Positions 25,330 through 32,978 of a DNA stretch of 64,000 bases are shown piece after piece. The notes under the pieces were generated by a model. It had not been told where the DNA came from. It saw nothing but the letters and a program-made list of their open reading frames with translations, and made no database searches. The stretch is from a virus (Duplodnaviria; Caudoviricetes). The stretch lies in the IMG/VR virus record IMGVR_UViG_3300049173_000052, positions 509-64,508 of that record. One strand, 5' to 3'. Position numbers and translations under genes: made by a program. The stretch's first letter is position 1. Each line of letters begins with the position of its first letter.

Positions 25330-25404
25330 TGTTTAACAAGAATGACGCACACCCCACCCCTTGTCAACCCATCACGGCAGATGGATGCTAGATTCTGTTA
25401 AACA
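25330..25404. promoter_or_regulatory. Divergent promoters, each followed by a TGTTAAACA operator
   Basis: Minus: TTGACA(25362-67)-N17-CATTCT then TGTTAAACA (25330-38). Plus: TAGATT (25389-94) then TGTTAAACA (25396-404). Confidence 0.7.
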
Positions 25405-25421
25405 CTTACCGAGGGGGAACG

Positions 25422-25607
25422 ATGGGACGACCCGCCACCGGGCAGACCAAGGTCATGGGCTTCCGGCCGCCCAAGCCGCTACGCGACGAGTTCGAAGTGC
25501 TCGCCAAGGCCGAGGAGCGCTCGCCCTCCGACGCGCTCATCGAAGCAATGCACGACTGGGTCAAGAAGAAGCGGCGCGAACACGGGGCCACCGACGACGC
25601 CACGTAG
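25422..25607 (+). CDS. Ribbon-helix-helix (Arc/CopG-like) regulator
   Basis: MGRPATGQTKVMGFRPPKPLRDEFEVLAKAEERSPSDALIEAMHDWV. Confidence 0.8.
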   Translation: MGRPATGQTKVMGFRPPKPLRDEFEVLAKAEERSPSDALIEAMHDWVKKKRREHGATDDAT

Positions 25608-25616
25608 GATCCGCTC

Positions 25617-25820
25617 GTGAGTGACATCGAGTTCCCCGACGACCTGATAGCCCTGGAGCGTGCTGCCTGGGAGGAGCACCGGGCCGGGCGGCTCACCGTC
25701 GCCACCGCCAACGCCGTCCAGGACGCCATCACCGCGCACGCCGAAGCGGCCGGGATGTCGCGCTACGGCGTGGAGATGGCGCTCAAGAAAGCCGTGCGGC
25801 ACGCGCCCGCCGAGGGCTGA
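25617..25820 (+). CDS. Small hypothetical protein
   Basis: 67 aa, GC3 bias. Confidence 0.65.
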   Translation: MSDIEFPDDLIALERAAWEEHRAGRLTVATANAVQDAITAHAEAAGMSRYGVEMALKKAVRHAPAEG

Positions 25821-25906
25821 CACCGCGACGCCCCACCGGTGCGTGACCACCGACGGGGCGCCATTCAAGTGCTCGCGCCACAGACACGAACAGTGATGAG
25901 CCCATG

Positions 25907-26128
25907 CTACGAAGGGCCACTGACAACGCTGGGGCGGCGAGTCGACAGCACGTAGGTGCCCGCACCGAAGCCCTGCTTGGCGGCCTGCCGCAGCCCTGTG
26001 CGGATCCGCTGGAAGCCCTCGTCGACCGACTGCAGGGCCGGCGACAGCGGGATCACGGGCGCGGGCGGGTAGTGCCGGTCGATCTGCTTCAGCGCTCGCT
26101 CGCGGTCGGGGAACGGGCGGTACGACAT
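25907..26128 (-). CDS. Small hypothetical protein
   Basis: 73 aa, GAGGAGG RBS. Confidence 0.6.
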   Translation of the reverse strand: MSYRPFPDRERALKQIDRHYPPAPVIPLSPALQSVDEGFQRIRTGLRQAAKQGFGAGTYVLSTRRPSVVSGPS

Positions 26129-26165
26129 GGGCGCCTCCTCGCGTCCCCGCCAGCATGCCAGGAGA

Positions 26166-26384
26166 TCACCCCTCGTCCGTCCAGGTCGTCAACACGGTGC
26201 CGGTGTCCTCGTCGACGAGGGTGACGGTGGCGTTCGGGAGTCTCCAGCCGCCCACCCACTCGGTGAACTTCTCCCGGGCCACCGCTTCACTCCCCCACCA
26301 GCCCTGCATCGCCGGGCGGCCCTCGGAGGTCAGGGTGAGGTGGTAGCGGCTGGGGTCGTGGTTGCTGGTCACGCCCACCATCAT
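26166..26384 (-). CDS. Small hypothetical protein
   Basis: RYHLTLTSEGRPAMQGWWGSEAVAREKF...TLVDEDTG. Confidence 0.65.
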   Translation of the reverse strand: MMVGVTSNHDPSRYHLTLTSEGRPAMQGWWGSEAVAREKFTEWVGGWRLPNATVTLVDEDTGTVLTTWTDEG

Positions 26385-26396
26385 AGAATCGAACGC

Positions 26397-26735
26397 ATGA
26401 ACGACCCAGAGTCGCGGCTCGCGCTGCTCCGCTTCCTGCAGCAGGTACAGGAACGCGACCTGGCACGCACCCGCAGGTGGATCGCGGACGAAGAACGCCG
26501 CGAAGCCGAACGCCAGCGCGGCATCGAAGCCCGACCGCCGGCCCCGGACTGGCTGATCGAGCAGGGACTCAACCGGGACAGCCCGCCCGTGCAGGTGCAC
26601 GTCGGTGACTGCTGGAACGCGGGGAAGCGCACCCGGGGCATCCGGCGGGACGAGGCGCTGCGGGCGCTCGCCGACGGGGTGAAAGCCTGCGGAGCGTGCC
26701 GGCCTGACAGCGAGCTGGGGTTCCTGGACGGGTGA
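26397..26735 (+). CDS. DUF6233-like protein
   Basis: VHVGDCW...ALADGVKACGACRPDSELG. Confidence 0.7.
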   Translation: MNDPESRLALLRFLQQVQERDLARTRRWIADEERREAERQRGIEARPPAPDWLIEQGLNRDSPPVQVHVGDCWNAGKRTRGIRRDEALRALADGVKACGACRPDSELGFLDG

Positions 26736-26916
26736 CGCGAAAGCCCCGCCGAGACGGGGGGCCCGGCGGGGCGTGCGGCCAGTGTTGCACGGCCTCCTCA
26801 CAGGACGGTCGTGTTCCGCGTACCGTGTTCGGGCGGCCCGCTTCGTTCGCAGCGACCCCTTCGGGGGCGTGGGGAGTAACCCCTCGGCGGGCCGCACCTG
26901 ACACTGGGGAGGCATC

Positions 26917-26943
26917 ATGAGCGACGACACGGGCTGGGGCTAA
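26917..26943 (+). CDS. Candidate 8-aa micropeptide MSDDTGWG
   Basis: GGGAGG RBS, structured leader, followed by a terminator. Confidence 0.3.
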   Translation: MSDDTGWG

Positions 26944-26957
26944 GCCCCGGACAGCAG

Positions 26958-26989
26958 AACGCCCCCGCAGCCGAAGCTGCGGGGGCGTT
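26958..26989. terminator. Bidirectional terminator
   Basis: Perfect 14-bp stem AACGCCCCCGCAGC-CGAA-GCTGCGGGGGCGTT. Confidence 0.85.
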
Positions 26990-26996
26990 GTCGTGT

Positions 26997-28028
26997 TCAG
27001 AGGCCGATGTCCTCCGATGCTGCGTCGGTCCACTTGTCGGCTTCGCGGATGTACCCCCAGAAGGCGGGGCTGTTCTCGGCGTGCCCGGACTGTTCGCGGA
27101 TCTTCTCTTCTCGCTTGCCTGCGCGTCGAGAGGTGGTGATGAACCCGGCCCGCATCGAGTGGCCGGTGAGGCGGACGGAGAGCCCGGCGCGTTCGGCGTT
27201 GCGGGCGATGATTCCGCGGACGGCTTCGGGTGAGAGGGCGTGGTCGCCGAGGCGGCCGTGGACGGTGATGGGCAGGAAGGCGGGGCCTGAGCTGATGCCT
27301 GCGGCGGCGCGCCAGGTGAGCCATGCGCGGACGGGGCAGGTGTCGGGGTTCTTGCCTTCGTGGACGACGACGTCCCGGGGCGGCCTCCCCTTCACGGCGG
27401 GGACGTGAACTTCGAGTCCCTGGCTGACGTGGACGATGGTGTCGGCGCGGAGGGCGGCGACTTCGGCGGAGCGTCCGGCGATGGAGAAGGCGGTGAGCCA
27501 GAGGGCGCGGTCGCGGAGTCCGGTGAGTCCGTCGGCGACGGCGGCGTTCATCTGCCGGAGTTGTTCGGGGGTGACGGCGGCGGCCTTGCCTCTGCCGCGC
27601 GCCATGCGTTCGGGGTCGTGCTTGAGCGGCTTGAGGGCTTGCCGGGCGGCGACAGTGGCGGCTTTGGGGACCTCGATGCCGTGTTCGTTCCGGGCGGTGA
27701 CGGTGACGCCGGTGATGCGGCGATCGATGCTGTTGGGTGCGGCGAGTTTGATGGTGTCGAGCCAGACGACGAACCCGACGAGCGTGCCCTTGGTGACGTT
27801 GGTCGAGGCGATCCGGTGCCCGGTGCGCTCCCCCAGCCAGTCGTGGAACTCCTCCCAGAGTGCCCAGTCGTTGGCGTATCCGCGTTTGGTGTTGTGGGGG
27901 CGGATGGCGTCGAGGTGCTTCTCGGCTGCCTCTTCCATGGCGTGCAGGACGGCGAGCGTCGCAGCGTCGTAGACGGCAGGGGTGGCGTCCGGCTGGCGCG
28001 GGGCGAGGTCGCTGCTAGCTGACATCAT
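26997..28028 (-). CDS. Second tyrosine recombinase (Cre/Xer-like, resolvase-type)
   Basis: RDRAL...GRSAEV (R), K, GHSMRAG (HxxR), SGH, GY (Y); no arm-binding domain evident. Confidence 0.9.
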   Translation of the reverse strand: MMSASSDLAPRQPDATPAVYDAATLAVLHAMEEAAEKHLDAIRPHNTKRGYANDWALWEEFHDWLGERTGHRIASTNVTKGTLVGFVVWLDTIKLAAPNSIDRRITGVTVTARNEHGIEVPKAATVAARQALKPLKHDPERMARGRGKAAAVTPEQLRQMNAAVADGLTGLRDRALWLTAFSIAGRSAEVAALRADTIVHVSQGLEVHVPAVKGRPPRDVVVHEGKNPDTCPVRAWLTWRAAAGISSGPAFLPITVHGRLGDHALSPEAVRGIIARNAERAGLSVRLTGHSMRAGFITTSRRAGKREEKIREQSGHAENSPAFWGYIREADKWTDAASEDIGL

Positions 28029-28755
28029 TCCCCGTCTCTGAGCTGTTGTTGTCCTGGCGCTCCGAGCCCCTTGGAATGCCAGCGGTCATGATGGTCTTCG
28101 GGTCGCCCTTCAGCTTCTTGCGGACGTTGCTCACAGCAGCGAATGTGCGCCCAAGCATCAGCGCGACTTCCCGCGTAGTGAGATCGGACCGCCCGGCCAC
28201 CTCCAGCTCCGGGCCCGTCCACTGCTGGCCGTGACGCGTTGCACCTTCAAGGGTCTGGGCTTGCCACTTGACCATCTTGAGGCGCTGAGCCTCCCTCGAC
28301 TCATCGGGATGAACGACGTGGTACTGCTTGTCTCGGTTCGCGGCGCGGTACGCCGCGTATCCCTCTGTGCAGGTCTCGCAGCGGCACCCATCATTCGTGT
28401 AGCCGCTGAGGCCGTGGCTGACCTTGACCTCACCCTTCGCTCGTGCCGCCTTCCTGCCTTGGCGGTACTTCTGCATGTACTCCTTCTGGCCCGTCCCCCG
28501 TCCACGGCCCGACTGGTAATCAGCCTTAGCCTCCTTGCAAACCTGGCAGCGGCAACCCCAGCGGGTGTAACCCTCGTAGCCGTGATCGAAGTTGGCCTCA
28601 CCTGCCGCCAGGGCCGCCATTCGCTTCTGCCGCGCCTTCTGCTCGTAGACACGCTTGGCCGCGCGACAGACATCGCATCGACACCCCTTGCGGTACCCGG
28701 AGCCGCCATGCTTCTCGACGACCGCCTCGCTTCGCCCCTCAGTGTCCATCGCCAC
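28015..28755 (-). CDS. Protein with three HG..GY..GCRC..C repeats and a C-terminal Myb/HTH-like domain
   Basis: HGGSGYRKGCRCDVC, HGYEGYTRWGCRCQVC, HGLSGYTNDGCRCETC; WTGPELEV...TREVALMLGRTFAAV. Confidence 0.75.
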   Translation of the reverse strand: MAMDTEGRSEAVVEKHGGSGYRKGCRCDVCRAAKRVYEQKARQKRMAALAAGEANFDHGYEGYTRWGCRCQVCKEAKADYQSGRGRGTGQKEYMQKYRQGRKAARAKGEVKVSHGLSGYTNDGCRCETCTEGYAAYRAANRDKQYHVVHPDESREAQRLKMVKWQAQTLEGATRHGQQWTGPELEVAGRSDLTTREVALMLGRTFAAVSNVRKKLKGDPKTIMTAGIPRGSERQDNNSSETGNDVS

Positions 28756-28783
28756 CCCTCCCGAGAATCGGACAACTCTCGCA

Positions 28784-28812
28784 ATTATAGCCCGTGATAT
28801 GGCATGTTATCG
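28784..28812 (-). promoter_or_regulatory. Promoter with perfect TATAAT -10 for the Zn-HTH/recombinase cassette
   Basis: TATAAT at 28784-89 (minus), rare in ~72% GC DNA; weak -35 (ATAACA). Confidence 0.55.
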
Positions 28813-28896
28813 AGAGGCTGACCCCCAACTACCAATCTGGGATGAGCTGGTACTTCGACTAGTAGCAGCAGTAGTTCGCCCCCCACGCACGACGAA

Positions 28897-28934
28897 GCGC
28901 CCCGCTCCCCTGCCGAAGCAGGAGGGCGGGGCGC
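28897..28934 (-). terminator. Terminator at the end of the late/lysis operon
   Basis: GC-rich bulged stem with 4-nt loop. Confidence 0.6.
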
Positions 28935-28940
28935 GGTCGT

Positions 28941-29033
28941 TCACGCGGGTTCGTCGTCGGGCGGCCAGTCCGGTTCCTGGAACGGTCGGGGTGACAGCCA
29001 GAACGGCGGCGGGTCTTCGGTGTCCTCGTCCAT
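28941..29033 (-). CDS. 30-aa acidic Pro/Trp-rich peptide
   Basis: MDEDTEDPPPFWLSPRPFQEPDWPPDDEPA; GGGAGG RBS. Confidence 0.5.
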   Translation of the reverse strand: MDEDTEDPPPFWLSPRPFQEPDWPPDDEPA

Positions 29034-29042
29034 GGCCCTCCC

Positions 29043-29354
29043 CTACTTACTGGCCGGCGTCGTGGGCTTGGTCTTCCGTGGTGCTTTGATCCAGCGCTGT
29101 ACGGCGGCGACGGTGGCCGGGTCGAGGCTGGCGATGGCGCGGGCCGCAGCCTGGTCGTTGGCCGCCGTCTCCACGCCGGCTTCCGCAAGGGCCGAGAAGA
29201 GGGTGACGGCTTCCTGCTCGTCCACCGGGTCCGGCACGGGCTCCGGCGCGGTTGCGGGGACGGGCTCGGGTTCGACTTCCCCGAGCTGCACGAGCGACCG
29301 CATGTCCGCGGCCGTGTCGTCGCGGCGCGGCCGGAGCGGGATCGGATCGGGCAT
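29043..29354 (-). CDS. Hypothetical protein in lysis region
   Basis: 103 aa. Confidence 0.65.
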   Translation of the reverse strand: MPDPIPLRPRRDDTAADMRSLVQLGEVEPEPVPATAPEPVPDPVDEQEAVTLFSALAEAGVETAANDQAAARAIASLDPATVAAVQRWIKAPRKTKPTTPASK

Positions 29355-29355
29355 C

Positions 29356-29718
29356 TCAGACTCCAGTTCGGTGGTACTCGTCGACCAGGGGATGCGGCGG
29401 CTCGGGCTCGATGCCGGCGCGGTGCATCTGGCGGGCCCACTGGTCCGTCGTCCACGCGAACGCCCGCAGCATCGCCTCCAGCCGGGACATGCGGCCCCGC
29501 AGCGAGCCGTTCTCCTCGTCGACCCTCTTCACCGTCGCCTCCAGCACGGCGAACTCCTGGGCGCGTGCCTGCGGTGCGGCTTGGATCGCGGCCACCGCCT
29601 CGTTGGCGCGGGCTGTTGCTTGCGCGGCCCTCACGGTGGCGCGGGAGACGAACCAGCCGCCTCCTCCGAGGACGCTGCTGGCGGCGCCGATGATGGCTGC
29701 CCACTCGCCCACGTTCAT
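29356..29718 (-). CDS. Membrane-anchored coiled-coil lysis accessory protein
   Basis: N-terminal TM then coiled coil; downstream of holins. Confidence 0.7.
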   Translation of the reverse strand: MNVGEWAAIIGAASSVLGGGGWFVSRATVRAAQATARANEAVAAIQAAPQARAQEFAVLEATVKRVDEENGSLRGRMSRLEAMLRAFAWTTDQWARQMHRAGIEPEPPHPLVDEYHRTGV

Positions 29719-30155
29719 GCGGCCTTGCCTCTCCGGGCGCGCACGGGCGGGGGGACCGAGTATTCGGGAACCGCGCTCGCCCACAGGATCACCCCGACGT
29801 GACTCGTCAGGTACCAGACTGCGACGAAGCCGCCGCGGGAGTAGTCGCCGGTGATGACGGCGAACGTGTAGGCGGCGGCCCACACGGTGGGGGGAATGAG
29901 GGCGGCCAGGAACCCGAACCGGTCCCGGCCGATCTTGACGAATGCTGAGCCGAGGGTGACGAGTCCGCACACGATCCACAGCCACGCCCAATGCCGCAGC
30001 TCGCAGTAGCGGGTGAGGAGTTCGAGGCCTTCGTCGCTGGGCGGGTTGACGAGGAACGACACACCCCAGCAGGTCTTGCCGATGCCGAGGATCAGCAGGA
30101 AGCAGCCGCGGCGGCCCAGGGCCTTGTACAGCCGCCGGGCCGCACGGCGCGGCAC
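29715..30155 (-). CDS. Multi-TM membrane protein (holin-like)
   Basis: About four hydrophobic helices; in the lysis cassette. Confidence 0.7.
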   Translation of the reverse strand: MPRRAARRLYKALGRRGCFLLILGIGKTCWGVSFLVNPPSDEGLELLTRYCELRHWAWLWIVCGLVTLGSAFVKIGRDRFGFLAALIPPTVWAAAYTFAVITGDYSRGGFVAVWYLTSHVGVILWASAVPEYSVPPPVRARRGKAA

Positions 30156-30512
30156 TCAGGCCGCCGTCGGACCGGTCGGCGCCGATGGCGAGGACGGGGC
30201 GACCTGCACCCGGGTCAGCAGCGTGAGCGCGGCGAGCACGAGGGTGTTGATGGCGCCGACGGTGCCCTGGCTGACCTCGTAGCCGAACGCGGCCACGGCG
30301 GTGGCGCCGGCGGCGACGATCGCGGTGAACGCCTGCGGGGCGATCGGCCGGGTCATCGCGGCGGCGACACCGCCGAGGATCGCAGAGACCAGGGCGACGA
30401 TGACGCCAGCCTGCTCGGCGGTCAGGCTCGTCACGCCGAGCGAGACGACGAGGCCGAGCACCGCGGACAGGGTGTTCAGTACGACAACCGGTTCTCTACC
30501 GAAGATCTTCAT
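30156..30512 (-). CDS. Holin
   Basis: MKIFGREP, four TM segments, directly after the endolysin. Confidence 0.8.
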   Translation of the reverse strand: MKIFGREPVVVLNTLSAVLGLVVSLGVTSLTAEQAGVIVALVSAILGGVAAAMTRPIAPQAFTAIVAAGATAVAAFGYEVSQGTVGAINTLVLAALTLLTRVQVAPSSPSAPTGPTAA

Positions 30513-30515
30513 GGG

Positions 30516-31400
30516 TCAGGCTCCCTTCGTGACGGCCGCGCGCAGCTGCGCGACCTCGGTGCGCAGCGCTTCGAGCTGGCGCAGGATTGTGTCGGTGTTC
30601 TCCGCGCTGCGGCGGGCGTGCGCGTAGCCGGAGCCGAGTGCCGTGTTCACGGCGATCTTTCCGTCGGCGAGGCCCTTGTCGTTGGGCCACTGCGTCTTCA
30701 CCCAGTCGCCGAGGGGGATCTGGTCGCTGAGCTTCATGTCGGTCTCCGTGCTCGGGGCGGGCGCCGGCTTCGACGGGGCCGGGGTGGTGGCGCCCTTGGC
30801 GCGGGCGAGGATCGCGGCCATGGGGAAGGCGCCGGGGTCGCCGTGGTCGTTCTCGGGGACGTGCTGGTGACCGCAGTGTCCGGTGAAGGAGTTCCACTTG
30901 TCGGCGCTCATGCGGACGCCGTTGGATCCGTAGCTCGACGGGTACGCCTTGAAGGTGACGTTGCTGGTGAGCGGTACGCCGTGGTTGTCGTGCGCCCACT
31001 TGGCGAAGGCGGCCAAGTCGCGGATCACCCAGTCCGGCAGTTCCGGCGTGTACAGATGAGGAGTCGTCCCCCACCTCTTGTGGGTGGCCGGGTCGCAGGT
31101 GCCCACGATCTCCACCTGCACCACGTTCAGGGTGTTGGTCTGCACCCCGCCGGCCTTGTTGACGAGGGCGCGCGAGGAGACGTCGAAGTCAAAGTGCTGG
31201 TACCAGACGAGCCGCTTGGCGGCGAAGTCGGGCTTGGCCGTGAAGTTGGGGGCGTTGGACCCGCCGTCGTAGGACGGCAGGGACGTGCCCTCTGTGGAGT
31301 GCCAGACGATGACGTTGGACTCCATCGCCGAGCCCTGATACTTCGAGCCGTACCAGTAGGCGGTGGAGGCGCCCGGGTAGCGCTGTGGACCGCTCTTCAT
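30516..31400 (-). CDS. Endolysin, N-acetylmuramoyl-L-alanine amidase
   Basis: VWHSTEG, QVEIVG, GHQHVPENDHGDPG Zn-amidase motifs. Confidence 0.88.
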   Translation of the reverse strand: MKSGPQRYPGASTAYWYGSKYQGSAMESNVIVWHSTEGTSLPSYDGGSNAPNFTAKPDFAAKRLVWYQHFDFDVSSRALVNKAGGVQTNTLNVVQVEIVGTCDPATHKRWGTTPHLYTPELPDWVIRDLAAFAKWAHDNHGVPLTSNVTFKAYPSSYGSNGVRMSADKWNSFTGHCGHQHVPENDHGDPGAFPMAAILARAKGATTPAPSKPAPAPSTETDMKLSDQIPLGDWVKTQWPNDKGLADGKIAVNTALGSGYAHARRSAENTDTILRQLEALRTEVAQLRAAVTKGA

Positions 31401-31419
31401 GAGGGCCCCTTTCTGAGGA

Positions 31420-32040
31420 CTAGAGGCTGACGGTGACGCCGTTGAAGCCGATCCACGGGGGTTTGACGGACGAGCTGAAGCCGAACACTTCGAGATAGCC
31501 GTCGGTCTTCACGTCGAGCTTCAGGGCGATGCGTTCGCTGCTGGCGTCGGAGCAGGGGATCAGCACGGTGCGCAGCGTCGATGGCCGCACGATGCTCGGC
31601 AGGGCGGTGTTGTTGACGACGTAGCTGCCCGCAGGTGACGCCGGGTACGAGGCCCGGCCGAGCGCCCCACGGAACTGCAGGCTCTCCTCGCCGCTGATGT
31701 TGAGGAGCCGGTACTGGAAGGTGCCGTTGTTGTTGCCGTTCTGCGTCCACGGCGACTCGGGCGTGATGGTCTTCCAGGTGGACTGGCCGACCGACACGGC
31801 GACCCACGCGGAACCGTCGTACAGGTCGAGGCGGTTGACGTCTTGCAGCCACGTCAGCATGCCCTCCACTGGGGCCGCGGCTCCGACGAGGGTGGCGCCG
31901 CGAGTGGAGGCTGACGCGAAGCGCATGACCGATCGCTGGGCGATCGCGTTGGCGATGTCGCTGGCGAGCTTCTTGGCGTCCGGGGCGTCCGTCAGGGAGG
32001 CGATGTTGACGCCCTGACCGTAGCTGTCGGTTGTGGGCAT
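31420..32040 (-). CDS. Minor tail protein
   Basis: PVEGMLTWLQDVNRLDLYDGSAW pattern; beta-rich C-terminus. Confidence 0.75.
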   Translation of the reverse strand: MPTTDSYGQGVNIASLTDAPDAKKLASDIANAIAQRSVMRFASASTRGATLVGAAAPVEGMLTWLQDVNRLDLYDGSAWVAVSVGQSTWKTITPESPWTQNGNNNGTFQYRLLNISGEESLQFRGALGRASYPASPAGSYVVNNTALPSIVRPSTLRTVLIPCSDASSERIALKLDVKTDGYLEVFGFSSSVKPPWIGFNGVTVSL

Positions 32041-32294
32041 CAGTCCTCCTGCGGCCAGTCGAGCTCGGCACTGGACGTGACCGGCGCGGCGAACGGCGGC
32101 ACCGTGTAGCCGCGGTCGACGAGCAGGTCACGAACCGCGGCGGCCACGTCGCCGACGTCGACCGGATGCAGCTCGGTGTACTCGGAGACGTTGAAGCCGA
32201 CGGTGACGGTCGCGTAGCCGGTGCCGTCCGGGCTCTCCACCTGCACGGACGACGTGAAGAGCGTGGTGGGAGGGAAGTTCGAAGGGGCAGCCAC
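32040..32294 (-). CDS. Hypothetical tail-region protein
   Basis: 84 aa, coupled. Confidence 0.55.
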   Translation of the reverse strand: MAAPSNFPPTTLFTSSVQVESPDGTGYATVTVGFNVSEYTELHPVDVGDVAAAVRDLLVDRGYTVPPFAAPVTSSAELDWPQED

Positions 32295-32303
32295 CAGGGC
32301 TCC

Positions 32304-32978
32304 TTAGGCGTCGAGGGGGTACTGCAGGCCGTTGAGGGACACCCAGCCGGGCCGGATTATTGGCGTGGTGTGGGTGTCGGAGGTGCTGGTCGTGGTGCCG
32401 ACGATGCGCATCTGGCCGTCGGTGCGGGCGTCGACCTTCAGCGAGAGGCTGGACGATCCGCCGGCGGAGCAGGCCGCAGTCAGCGACCGGGTGCCGGCTG
32501 GGCGCAGGGCGGCGGGGAGGGCGGTGGCGAGGAAGTCGCCGCTGTTCTGGATGCTGTTGGCGGAGTAGACGATGGTGATGCCGCCGCGCCACTGCATGTG
32601 CGGGGTGCCGGCGATGACGGTCACCCGGTAGCGGACGTCGCCGTTGCCGTTGCCGTCGTGGATGAACCCGGTGGCGAGGGTGGGCTTCGTCCAGGCGCCG
32701 TCGGTGCCGGTGGACAGCCGCCCCAGGGCCAGCCAGTTCCCTGAGCTGGAGCGGGTGAGGACAATGACGTCGCCGGCCGCGGGGCCTTGGTAGGTGTCCA
32801 TGCGGCGCACGGTGATGCCGTCGACGGTGACCGTGCCGTCCGTGGCGACGGCGGTGACGGTTGCGAGGCGCCAGTCGGAGCCGCGTACCGCCGGCGTGTT
32901 GGCGCCCGCGCGGACGGATTCGCGGGCCTGGAATTCGGCGTATTCGCGGGCGTGCGCGAAGAGGCTCTTGTTGCTCAC
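32304..32978 (-). CDS. Minor tail protein
   Basis: RGSDWRLATVTAVATDGTVTV; C-terminus resembles the 31420 protein. Confidence 0.75.
   Translation of the reverse strand: MSNKSLFAHAREYAEFQARESVRAGANTPAVRGSDWRLATVTAVATDGTVTVDGITVRRMDTYQGPAAGDVIVLTRSSSGNWLALGRLSTGTDGAWTKPTLATGFIHDGNGNGDVRYRVTVIAGTPHMQWRGGITIVYSANSIQNSGDFLATALPAALRPAGTRSLTAACSAGGSSSLSLKVDARTDGQMRIVGTTTSTSDTHTTPIIRPGWVSLNGLQYPLDA

Noticed and set aside
26997-28028. Second recombinase marking a separate nested element
   Set aside because: No flanking direct repeats, arm sites or target duplication found by eye; kept as a resolvase-type cassette.
28790-28815. dif-like site (CGATAA-N6-ATATC)
   Set aside because: Only one arm resembles dif; too weak to call.
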